Source: an uncultured Actinomycetes bacterium
GTDB taxonomy: Bacteria > Actinomycetota > Acidimicrobiia > IMCC26256 > DASPTH01
Assembly: GCA_963784595.1 (NCBI GenBank)
Contig: CAWARX010000007.1
Coordinates: forward strand, 66,652-130,651
Length of the DNA stretch: 64,000 nt
Direction of reading: 5' to 3'
Below the pieces are notes generated by a model. That model was not told where the DNA came from. It ran no database searches and saw only the letters and a program-made list of their open reading frames with translations. Both the position numbers and the translations under genes were made by a program. Below, one piece after another: positions 47,658-55,985 of the stretch (positions are counted from its first letter, which is position 1; each line of letters starts with the position of its first letter).

Positions 47658-48189
47658 CGGGACGTCGACCCCGCTGACCTCAGTGAAGACTTCTGCATGA
47701 CCATCACAGAGCCCCCGTTTCGCTGCACCACCAGCGTCTGTCCCCGCAACGATCGGAAGGAAGAGGACGAGGTCACAATTCCCCGCATTGATCGACCCTC
47801 GAGCAGGGCGGACCCGTGCGCCTCGGTGGTCCAGGAACCCGTCGGGGCGAACGTTCATACGAGAATCCCTGCCCAAGCACAGCGTGCTCTGGAGCACTCG
47901 CCCCGCCGAGTACTTGTCCGTGTTGGAGCGACCTCGCTCCGACACCCCGGCGTCGCCTCGTTGTCCCCCGGCCGCGTCATCGGGTGTCGCTCCGAGCCCA
48001 CTGGTAGCGCCGACGCTTGCGCGGGTGCCAGCGCGGGTGCCAGCGCCAGTGCTTGCGTCCGCGCTGTCAAGTCCGTCTCGGCAACACCCACGGCGGCGGC
48101 ACTCGGGCAGGACAGCGGGATCCGGCGAAGGAAGGCCCAACACCCCGGTGTGTTCTGACTCGAGGCGGGTGCAGTGGTTCGTTCGGTAC

Positions 48190-48963
48190 TCAGGCGGAGG
48201 AGCCGTGGCGGCCAGAACCGCCCGCGAAGCGCGCCGCGCCCTCGAGCGATTCTCCCGACCGCAACACGTCCGTCCCGTAGCGCGTCTCGGTCGCGAGCGC
48301 ATCGGCGAGGGGCAGGTCCCACTGCGCGTAGAGCGACGACCGGTCGCTGCGGAGGCAACCCTGCGGCAGGTTGGACAACTCGTTGCCCAGCGCCACCGCC
48401 GCGTCGCGCGCGGTGCCGGGCGCGACCACCCGGTTGACGAGCCCCATCCCGAGTGCTTCTCCGGCGGGGACGGCCCGGCCGGTCAGCACGAGATCCAGCG
48501 CCCGCCCCTGCCCGATCAGTCGGGGGAGGCGAACGGTGCCGCCGTCGATCAGCGGCACACCCCATCGCCGGCAGAACACCCCGAAGACGGCATCCTCGGC
48601 GGCGACCCGCAGGTCGCACCAGAGGGCGAGCTCCAGCCCGCCTGCCACCGCGTGGCCCTCGACCGCGGCGATCGCCGGCTTGGCGAGCAGGCGACGCGTC
48701 GGTCCCATCGGGCCGTCACCGTCGAGCGCCACCCGGTTCACCCGCGCGCCACCGTCCTCGGTCATCGCCTTGAGATCGGCGCCCGCGGAGAACGTGCCGC
48801 CCGCACCGGTCAGCACCGCGACCGCCAGCGCGTCGTCGGCTTCGAAGCGCGTGCACGCCTCGACCAGTGCCTCCGCGGTGGGCCGGTCGACCGCGTTGCG
48901 GGCTTCGGGCCGGTCGATGGTGATGACCGCGACCGGCCCGTCGGTCTCGTAGCGAACGCTCAT
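48190..48963 (-). CDS. Enoyl-CoA hydratase (crotonase family)
   Basis: Intact 257-aa ORF with VITIDRPEARNAV, FSAGADLK and AVAGGLELALWCDLRVA. Confidence 0.9.
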   Translation of the reverse strand: MSVRYETDGPVAVITIDRPEARNAVDRPTAEALVEACTRFEADDALAVAVLTGAGGTFSAGADLKAMTEDGGARVNRVALDGDGPMGPTRRLLAKPAIAAVEGHAVAGGLELALWCDLRVAAEDAVFGVFCRRWGVPLIDGGTVRLPRLIGQGRALDLVLTGRAVPAGEALGMGLVNRVVAPGTARDAAVALGNELSNLPQGCLRSDRSSLYAQWDLPLADALATETRYGTDVLRSGESLEGAARFAGGSGRHGSSA

Positions 48964-49000
48964 ACGGCCTGCTCCTGCTCTCGGCGCGCGATCAGCGCGA

Positions 49001-49825
49001 TCAATAGGCGATGACGTTGCGGGCCGCGATGACGACGACGGTGAGCACGATGTCGCACCCGATGGCGACCGCGGCCACCATCGGACTCCACCGATGTTGC
49101 AGGCGGACGGCCTCGGTGCCCGCGATGCCGAGACGGTCGCCCAGCCGGCCCATCAGCGATGGCACGGTCACCAACCACACCACGATGCCGAGCTGCCCGC
49201 AGGCCAGCGGGATCCCCGAGTTGGTCGTCAGCGCGACCATCGCGGTGGTCAGCAGGATCATGAGCGGGACGAGCATCTGCGCGGCCACGAACTTGAAGCG
49301 CGTCGCGAGCGAGGCGGGGGGCGGTTCGTCGGTCGTGAAGCGGACGGGCACGCCGAGCGCCTCCGCCACCGCGCCGGCTTCGAGCGGTCGACGGGCGCAG
49401 TGGTGGCACGCGGGGACGAGCGCACCGAACCGGCGTTGGCTGAACACCTCGGCGCGCCGACCGCACCGCACGCACACCCCGTGCACGCGGAGGGCCCGGA
49501 CACGCTGGTCGCTGGCGCGGTAGCCGTGGTCGTGCTCGATCAGCCGCCCGGAGAGCTCCACCTCCACGACCGCGAGCTCGGGTTCGTCGGCACCGAGGCG
49601 CCAGAGCTGTCCCTCGTCGGCGACGGCGTAGAAGCCGCAGCTGCAGTCCGCCTGGGGGGCGTCGTGACCGGCGACCGGGCAGGACGCCCGAGCGACGGTG
49701 CCGTACGACGCGCCCAGCTGCCGGTAGAACGCGGGGCGCAGCACCACCTCACCGTGCTCGACGCCGAGCCGGGCCAGCTTGCAGGCCGCGATGGGGGTCG
49801 CGAAGACGTCCCAGGGCAGGCCCAT
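49001..49825 (-). CDS. Hypothetical Cys-rich protein with a C-terminal 3-TM region
   Basis: This is the last 274 codons of ORF 49001..50557, from the ATG at 49825. It has HDAPQADCSCGFYA, VCVRCGRR ... ACHHCARR, then the hydrophobic C-terminus (FKFVAAQMLVPLMILLTTAMVAL ...). GC3 is high. Confidence 0.6.
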   Translation of the reverse strand: MGLPWDVFATPIAACKLARLGVEHGEVVLRPAFYRQLGASYGTVARASCPVAGHDAPQADCSCGFYAVADEGQLWRLGADEPELAVVEVELSGRLIEHDHGYRASDQRVRALRVHGVCVRCGRRAEVFSQRRFGALVPACHHCARRPLEAGAVAEALGVPVRFTTDEPPPASLATRFKFVAAQMLVPLMILLTTAMVALTTNSGIPLACGQLGIVVWLVTVPSLMGRLGDRLGIAGTEAVRLQHRWSPMVAAVAIGCDIVLTVVVIAARNVIAY

Positions 49826-49836
49826 CGCCGCGACCC

Positions 49837-49977
49837 TCAGCTCCCGACGGGCTCGGGCGCCGCGGGCCGGGGCGCCTCCGGCGCGGACGCCGGCTCGGGT
49901 TCGGGGACCGGGACCGGGACGGTCGGCGTCGTCACCGGGATGTGGATCTCCCGCTTCGGTTCGCCGATCGCACCCAT
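49837..49977 (-). CDS. Small Pro-rich hypothetical protein (46 aa)
   Basis: The tail of ORF 49837..50994 from the ATG at 49977 reads MGAIGEPKREIHIPVTTPTVPVPVPEPEPASAPEAPRPAAPEPVGS. About 42 of 46 third positions are G/C. AAGGAG lies 8 nt upstream, and the stop is 11 nt before the next start. Confidence 0.5.
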   Translation of the reverse strand: MGAIGEPKREIHIPVTTPTVPVPVPEPEPASAPEAPRPAAPEPVGS

Positions 49978-50012
49978 GGCCCGCGCTCCTTGGCCCGTCG
50001 ATCGCGTCCGCG

Positions 50013-50912
50013 TCACCCGCGGAGGGCCGGGAGGACATTCTCGGCCACGTCGCGGATCCTGTCGAGCGTCTCCGCCCGCGTCGGCGCGTCGATGCCGAGT
50101 TGCACGTGTTGCACCCCGAGCTCCCCGTACGCCGCGAGCAGGTCGGGGAGGGGCGATTCGGAACGACCCGAGATGCTCGTGACCAGCTGGAGCGACGCGG
50201 GGTCCCGCCCGTTGCGCTCGGCCGACTCCCGCACCTTCGGCCAGTGCTCGGCCACCCGTTCGGGAGACATCTGGGCGGCGATCCAACCGTCGCCGATGCG
50301 CCCGGCGCGCTCGAGCGCGATGTCGGAATGGCCGCCCACCAGGATCGGGATGGGCCGCTGCACCGGGCGCGGCTCGGGATCCATCGGCGGGATCTCGTGG
50401 TACTCGCCGTGGAACTCGACGAGGTCGCCCTCCGCGCACCACAGCGCGCGCAACAACGCGATGTGCTCCTCGCTGCGCCGGCCGCGGTGGTCCCAGGGCA
50501 TGCCCATGGCTTCCGCCTCCTCCCGCAACCAGCCGACGCCGACGCCGTAGAGAACACGCCCGCCGGAGTAGACGTCGAGGGTGGCGAGCGACCGGGCGTT
50601 TTGCACCGCGTTGCGAATCGGCAGCACCGCCACCGACGTGCCGAGCCTCACCCGCTCGGTGAACCCGGCGACCCACGTGAGTGTGGTCATCATCTCGTAG
50701 TTGGGCGAGAGCAGGCCGGAGACCGCGTCGTCGCCGATGGCGGCAGGCTTGCGGCCGAGGGTGTACTTCGAATCGGTGTGGTGGGGCATCACCAGGTGGT
50801 CGACCCCCCAGAGGCTGTCCCAGCCCGCGTCCTCGGCGGCCACGCAGTACTCCCGCACCCACTCCGGTGACGCGTGACGGCCCGTGTGGGGAATGGTCAG
50901 CCCGAACTCCAT
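50013..50912 (-). CDS. LLM-class F420-dependent oxidoreductase
   Basis: Intact 299-aa ORF with LDVYSGGRVLYGVGVGW and PILVGGHS. Confidence 0.8.
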   Translation of the reverse strand: MEFGLTIPHTGRHASPEWVREYCVAAEDAGWDSLWGVDHLVMPHHTDSKYTLGRKPAAIGDDAVSGLLSPNYEMMTTLTWVAGFTERVRLGTSVAVLPIRNAVQNARSLATLDVYSGGRVLYGVGVGWLREEAEAMGMPWDHRGRRSEEHIALLRALWCAEGDLVEFHGEYHEIPPMDPEPRPVQRPIPILVGGHSDIALERAGRIGDGWIAAQMSPERVAEHWPKVRESAERNGRDPASLQLVTSISGRSESPLPDLLAAYGELGVQHVQLGIDAPTRAETLDRIRDVAENVLPALRG

Positions 50913-50921
50913 GGGCCGGCG

Positions 50922-52391
50922 CTACGCGGTCTCGAACGCGTCGAGCTCCGCGTGCTGCGTTCGTTCGTGGTACTCGCTCATGCTGTGGGGCCACTGGGTC
51001 ACGATCCGGCCCGACGGCACGCGGTAGTACCCGTTGCAGCCCGCCTGCCAGACCTCGACGCCGGCGAGGTCGTCCTGCAAGGCAGTGTTGTACTCGTCCA
51101 TCACGTCACCGCGGACGTCGACCCACGCGAGGTCTCGTTCGTCCATCTGCTCGAGCACCTGCATCACGTAGTCGACCTGGCACTCGATCATGTAGATGAT
51201 CGAGCCGTTGTTCGTGTTCGGGCCGTAGAGCATGAAGAGGTTCGGGAACCCGGTGGTCGTGATGCCGAGGTATGCCTGCGGGCCGTCCGCCCAGGCCTCG
51301 TCGATGTGTCGCCCGTCGCGTCCGACCACGTCGAGCGCGCCCAGGAACCTCGTGGTCGTGAACCCCGTGGCGAGGATGATCGTGTCGACGCGCCGTGCGT
51401 GACCGTCGGCGCTCACCACCGAATCGGACGTGATCTCGGTGATGGGGTCGACCACCAGCTCGACGTTGGGCCGGTTGAACGTGGGGTAGTAGAGATTCGA
51501 CGCCAGTGGGCGCTTGCACCCGAACGGCATGGTCGGAGTGAGCTTGCGCTGCAGCTCGGGGTCTTCGACGACGGCGATGTTGAACCGGCCGGCGGCCTCG
51601 GCCGCGGCCCGCCGCTGTGGATCCGCGAAGGTGAGGTTGGGGTCGACGCTCCGGAAGATCTCGTTGCGACGTTCCGCGACCGCCGCGGGAGCGCGCTCGA
51701 GCTCGGCGAGCTCCTCCGCCGTGAACGGCGTGTCCTCCTTGGGGAGCACCCAGTTCGCCGAACGCTGGTACACGTAGAGCTGTCCGACGTCGGGTGCGAT
51801 CTCGGGAATGAGCTGCACCGCGCTGGCCGCGCTGCCGATGACCGCAACAGTCTCGCCGCTCAGGTCGTGGTCGTCGTCCCAACGAGCGGAGTGGAAGATC
51901 GTGCCACCGAACGTGTCGAGGCCGGGGATGTCGGGCGCCACTGGGGCGCCGAACATGCCGAGCGCGCTCACCAGCACCTCGGCCTCGATCTCCTCGCCGG
52001 GTTCGACGGTCAGGCGCCAGACGGCACGGTCGTCGTCCCACCGTGCGGCCTGCACCTCGGTGCCCAACCGCAGGTGGGGCTCGAGCCCGAACCGCTTCAC
52101 GCACTCCTCGAGGTAGGTCTTGATCTCCGGCTGGCGGGCGTAGGGCCGGGTCCACGACGGGTTCGGCGCGAACGAGAACGAGTAGAGATGTGATTTGATG
52201 TCGCACTCGGCACCCGGGTACCGGTTGTGCCACCAGGTGCCGCCGACGCCCGGTGCCTTCTCCAGGATCACGAAGTCGTCGTGGCCGGCCTCGAGCAGCC
52301 GCACCCCGGTGCAGATCCCTCCGGGCCCGGCCCCGATGATCGCGACACGACGCGGCCGACCGGATCGTGATCGGCTCGCGTCGTGTCCCAT
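50922..52391 (-). CDS. Baeyer-Villiger (flavin-containing) monooxygenase
   Basis: Intact 489-aa ORF with the FAD motif IIGAGPGG, the BVMO fingerprint FGGTIFHSARWD and a second Rossmann motif VIGSAASAVQ. Confidence 0.9.
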   Translation of the reverse strand: MGHDASRSRSGRPRRVAIIGAGPGGICTGVRLLEAGHDDFVILEKAPGVGGTWWHNRYPGAECDIKSHLYSFSFAPNPSWTRPYARQPEIKTYLEECVKRFGLEPHLRLGTEVQAARWDDDRAVWRLTVEPGEEIEAEVLVSALGMFGAPVAPDIPGLDTFGGTIFHSARWDDDHDLSGETVAVIGSAASAVQLIPEIAPDVGQLYVYQRSANWVLPKEDTPFTAEELAELERAPAAVAERRNEIFRSVDPNLTFADPQRRAAAEAAGRFNIAVVEDPELQRKLTPTMPFGCKRPLASNLYYPTFNRPNVELVVDPITEITSDSVVSADGHARRVDTIILATGFTTTRFLGALDVVGRDGRHIDEAWADGPQAYLGITTTGFPNLFMLYGPNTNNGSIIYMIECQVDYVMQVLEQMDERDLAWVDVRGDVMDEYNTALQDDLAGVEVWQAGCNGYYRVPSGRIVTQWPHSMSEYHERTQHAELDAFETA

Positions 52392-52448
52392 GTCTCGGTC
52401 TCCTTGTCGCCCGCGGGGAACGTGGCGACAGTATTGCGCGTCGACGGT

Positions 52449-52604
52449 TCAGTAGTAGTGGCGCCTCCCGCCCACGGCATGGCCGGCGGCGCCGGCCACC
52501 CACAAAACAGCTCCGATCACCACGAGGATCAGACCGATGGCCCACAGGATCGGGACGCTCAAGAGCAGCCCGAGCAACAAAAGGATCACGCCGAGCACGA
52601 TCAC
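52449..52604 (-). CDS. Small hydrophobic protein (51 aa), not in the supplied ORF track
   Basis: My own reading of the minus strand gives GTG-ATC-GTG..., i.e. VIVLGVILLLLGLLLSVPILWAIGLILVVIGAVLWVAGAAGHAVGGRRHYY-stop. GGGAG lies about 8 nt upstream. It sits between the MOSC and BVMO genes on the same strand. Confidence 0.45.
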   Translation of the reverse strand: MIVLGVILLLLGLLLSVPILWAIGLILVVIGAVLWVAGAAGHAVGGRRHYY

Positions 52605-52688
52605 TTCTCACACTCCCAGTTCGGCTTCCGATGGTCGATACCTGCCAGGGAGTGGGTTACCCCGTTGGCCGCGTTCCCTACCCTTCGC

Positions 52689-53231
52689 TCACACCGGTTC
52701 CAGCGGACGACGCGGACCGGCCGGGTGTTCGACGTGTATTCCGTCGCCGGCGACGACCGTGCCGCCCCTCAGCACGACACCCATCACGCCGGCCTTGCGC
52801 ACGAGTCGGCTGCGCGCGTCGCGATCGAGCATCGCCGCCATCAGTCCGCGGTGGAGACCGTCGAGCTGCCGGCACGGGTTGCGCAAACCGGTGATCTCGA
52901 CGACCGCGTCCGAGGCGAGACGCAGCCGGGCACCGGTCGACAGCGCCAAGAGGTCGATGCCGCGGGTGGTGACGTTCTCGCCCATCTCGCCGGGGGCCAC
53001 CACGAATCCGCGCGCCGCCAGCTCGTCGTGCAGTTCTCCGTGGACGAGGTGTACCTGCCGGCGGTTCGGTCGGGTGGGATCCCGGGCGATGCGCCCCAGG
53101 TGTTGCACCGTGGTACCGGCGTGCGCGTCGTGTTCGACACCGATGCCCGCCACCAGGAAGATGCTCGTCACCGTCGCCTTCGAGACCGAGTGCGACGCGC
53201 TCCGGTGCACCGCGGCGACGTGGGCGTCCAT
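52689..53231 (-). CDS. MOSC domain-containing protein
   Basis: This is the last 180 codons of ORF 52689..53813, from the ATG at 53231. It has MOSC-like segments (GENVTTRGIDL, ITGLRNPCRQLD). Confidence 0.7.
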   Translation of the reverse strand: MDAHVAAVHRSASHSVSKATVTSIFLVAGIGVEHDAHAGTTVQHLGRIARDPTRPNRRQVHLVHGELHDELAARGFVVAPGEMGENVTTRGIDLLALSTGARLRLASDAVVEITGLRNPCRQLDGLHRGLMAAMLDRDARSRLVRKAGVMGVVLRGGTVVAGDGIHVEHPAGPRRPLEPV

Positions 53232-53291
53232 GCCGCCATGTTCGCAGGCGGTCCGTTCGTCGCCGCCGGATTTCCGTGGTACGAACGGAGC

Positions 53292-53819
53292 ATGCGCATC
53301 CTCGCCGTCTGTGGGAGCCTCCAGGAGTCGTCGTCGAACGCCGCGCTGCTGCGGGCCGCCTCGTCCCTGACCCCCGAGGGTCTCGAGCTCGCGCGATACC
53401 CGTCGATCGGCGACCTCCCGCACTACAACCCTGACCTCGACGCCGAGCCACCGCTTTCGACGGTCGGTGGCTTCCGCACTTCGCTCGCAGCCGCCGACGG
53501 TGCGCTGATCGCCACGCCGGAGTACGCGCACCAGATGCCCGGTGTGCTCAAGAACGCGTTGGACTGGGTGGTCGGGTCTGGGGAGCTGGTCGACACTCCG
53601 GTTGTGATCATGAGCGCGGGCGGTGGGGGCGGTGAGCACGTGTTGCGGGTGCTCGCGGCCACCCTGGAGGTGATGTCGGCGCGGGTGGTGGCGACGTTGG
53701 GTGTCGGTGGCGTGCGCAACAAACGTGACGAGCGGGGCGACATCGTCGACGCCGCGACCCTCGACGAGCTCGCAGCCATTCTCATCCGGCTCAGAGATGC
53801 CGTCGACGGCCACCCGTAG
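53292..53819 (+). CDS. NADPH-dependent FMN reductase family protein
   Basis: Read from the ATG at 53292 in ORF 52383..53819. It has MRILAVCGSLQESSSN and ATPEYAHQMPGVLKNALDW. Confidence 0.8.
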   Translation: MRILAVCGSLQESSSNAALLRAASSLTPEGLELARYPSIGDLPHYNPDLDAEPPLSTVGGFRTSLAAADGALIATPEYAHQMPGVLKNALDWVVGSGELVDTPVVIMSAGGGGGEHVLRVLAATLEVMSARVVATLGVGGVRNKRDERGDIVDAATLDELAAILIRLRDAVDGHP

Positions 53820-53830
53820 ACTCCCGAGCC

Positions 53831-54780
53831 ATGTCGTTCATCGAGAAGGAGCTGCGGTTCGACGGGAGGGTCGTGATCGTCACCGGCGCGGGCGCAACCT
53901 CGGTCGGGAGTACGCGTTGCTGTTCGCCGAGCGGGGCGCGAGCATCGTCGTGAACGACCTCGGCGTCGGCATCAGCGACACCGACGGCGTGGCCGAAGCG
54001 CCGGTCTCGCCTCCGGCGGACGACGTCGTCGCCGAGATCGTCGCGACCGGCGGTACTGCGGTCGCCAGCTACGACACCATCGCGACGCCTGCCGGCGGCG
54101 CCGCAATCGTGCGGGCCGCGCTCGACGCGTTCGGCAGGCTCGACGTCGTGGTCAACAACGCGGGCCAGGTGCGCATGGCGCCCTTTCCCGACCTCACCGA
54201 GGCGCAGCTCGACGCGGTGATCGACACGCAGCTACGCGGTGCGCTCAACGTGGGCCGACCCGCATGGAAGGTGATGGAAGCCGCCGGCGGCGGGCGCTTC
54301 GTCAACGTGTCGTCGGGCGCGGCGTTCGGCGGGGTGCCCGGCGGCGCGGTCTACGGCATGGCCAAGATGGGGGTGATCGGCCTCACCCGCGCCATGGCGT
54401 CGGAGGGTCGCGGCGTGGGGATCGCGGCCAACGTGATCGCGCCGTACGCCAAGACCCGCCCCGGGACCGGCTTCGGGCCGTTCCCGGCAAGCGAGGAGCT
54501 CAACGAGTGGCTGGCGCCGCGTCTGGTGGCGCCGCTCGTCGGCTGGCTCGCGCACGAGGCGTGCCCGGTGTCAGGCGAATGCTTCAGCGTGGGCGGCGGG
54601 CACTACGCCCGGGTGGGCCTCGAGGTCACCGAGGGCCTGGTCGACCGCGACGCGACGATCGAGACGATCGCCGCCGGAGCGGGCGCGATCCTCGACTCGC
54701 CGGCCACGCCGATCACAACGACGGTCTCCGACAACATGCGCCGGATGTTCGAAGGGTTCAGACCGGCTGGAGCTGGTTGA
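53831..54780 (+). pseudogene. SDR (3-hydroxyacyl-CoA dehydrogenase/MFE-2 N-terminal-like), frameshifted near the 5' end
   Basis: The ATG at 53831 gives MSFIEKELRFDGRVVIVTGAG. The continuation RNLGREYALLFAERGASIVVNDLG ... NNAG ... YGMAKMGV lies in the frame of ORF 53701..54780. The join is near 53889. Confidence 0.75.
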
Positions 54781-55941
54781 GCGTCTCGGCGTTGTCGCGG
54801 ATGATGAGGCGCTGCGACTCGGCGTCGAGCTCCTTGATCTCCACCATGTAGTCACGGGGGTTGGGCAGGCCCTCGATGTGCGGCCAGTCGGAGCCGAACA
54901 CCACGCGGTCCGCACCCATGAGGTCGACGATCTCGTAGACGTCGTCCTCCCAGAACGGGTTGATCCACACATGGCGCTTGAACGTCTCGACCGGGTCGTC
55001 CTTGAACAAGCCGGGGATCTTCCGGTTGATGGAACGCAGCTTGCGGAAGAGGTCGGGGAGGAATTCCGCCCCGTTCTCGACTGACGCGATGCGCAGGTTC
55101 GGGAACCGGTCGAACAGCTGGTCGAACACCAGCGACGCCAGGAAGTCGTAGACGGCCCGTTCGATCGACAGCATGCCGATGGTGGGGCGCCCGTCGCCGG
55201 AGAACTCGGCGGAGAAGCCCTCTTTCGCGTAGCCGTTGAGCGAGTAGCCGCTGTCGCCCGTGTGCACGACGACGGTGATGCCCGCCTCGTTGGCGCGTGC
55301 GCCCAGAACGGGTCGAAGTGGGGATCGCCGGGCGTGAGCGGCCCGAAGACGGTGGTGGGGGCGGCGGGGCGCATGCAGACGGTGTGCGCGCCGAGCGAGA
55401 GTGCACGCTCGAGCTCTTCGATCGCGACCTCGACGTCGGCCAGCGAGATGTAGGGCGACGCGAAGATACGGCCTTCGTACTCGTAGCCCCAGTCTTCCTC
55501 GAGCCACCGGTTGAACGCGTGGAACATGATCCCCACGCCTTCGGGGTCGTGCTTGAGCAATTGCTCGTAGATCATGCCGAGCGTCGGGTAGAGCCAGACC
55601 TTGTCGAGGCCCTGCTCGTCCATCACCCGGATGCGCGTCTCGCGCTCGCGGTACTCGGGGCGGATCGGCTCGCGCTCGTGCAGGTACTCGAGCGGGTTGC
55701 GTCCGGAGGGATTGCCACGGAAGTACTCCGACATCGCGCCTGCTTTGGCGACCGGGTTGAACGTGGGGTTCACCACCGCGTGGCTGACCTTGCCGCCGAT
55801 CACGTGGTACTTCCGACCGTCGATCTCGGCCCACTGGATGATCCGGCGCCCGAGGCGAGGATCGAGGTGACGGGTGAACGTGTCCTCGGCCTCGTAGTAG
55901 TGGTTGTCGAAGTCGTTGACCGTGTACTCGGCGTCGCTCAT
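54758..55941 (-). pseudogene. Amidohydrolase-2 family protein, frameshifted
   Basis: The N-terminal part runs from the ATG at 55941 in ORF 54571..56736 (MSDAEYTVNDFDNHYYEAEDTFTRHLDP ... DPFWA). The C-terminal part is in ORF 54758..56056 (RANEAGITVVVHTGDSG ... FGSDWPHIEG). The join lies near 55298 in gcgcacgcg. Confidence 0.8.
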
Positions 55942-55985
55942 GCGTGCTCCTGGAGGCGTGCGCAAACTGCTTGCTCCGGTCAAGT

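Noticed and set aside
47700-47880. An N-terminal extension of the DUF2157-like gene from the ATG near 47865 (MNVRPDGFLDHRGARV...).
   Set aside because: Codon third positions in this stretch are frequently A/T, unlike every confident gene in the window. The peptide has no hydrophobic or conserved character.
47658-48189. I tested the long non-coding gap by eye for tmRNA, RNase P RNA, SRP RNA, tRNA, and cobalamin and ZTP riboswitch signatures.
   Set aside because: I could not find the diagnostic strings on either strand: the GAGGAAAGUCC P4 region, a tmRNA tag ORF with a tRNA-like CCA end, the SRP GGAAGCAGCC-type loop, a GTTCGAATC T-loop, the GCCACUG B12 box, or the CCGCCUGGGC ZTP pseudoknot. 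The region is kept only as an unclassified structured candidate.
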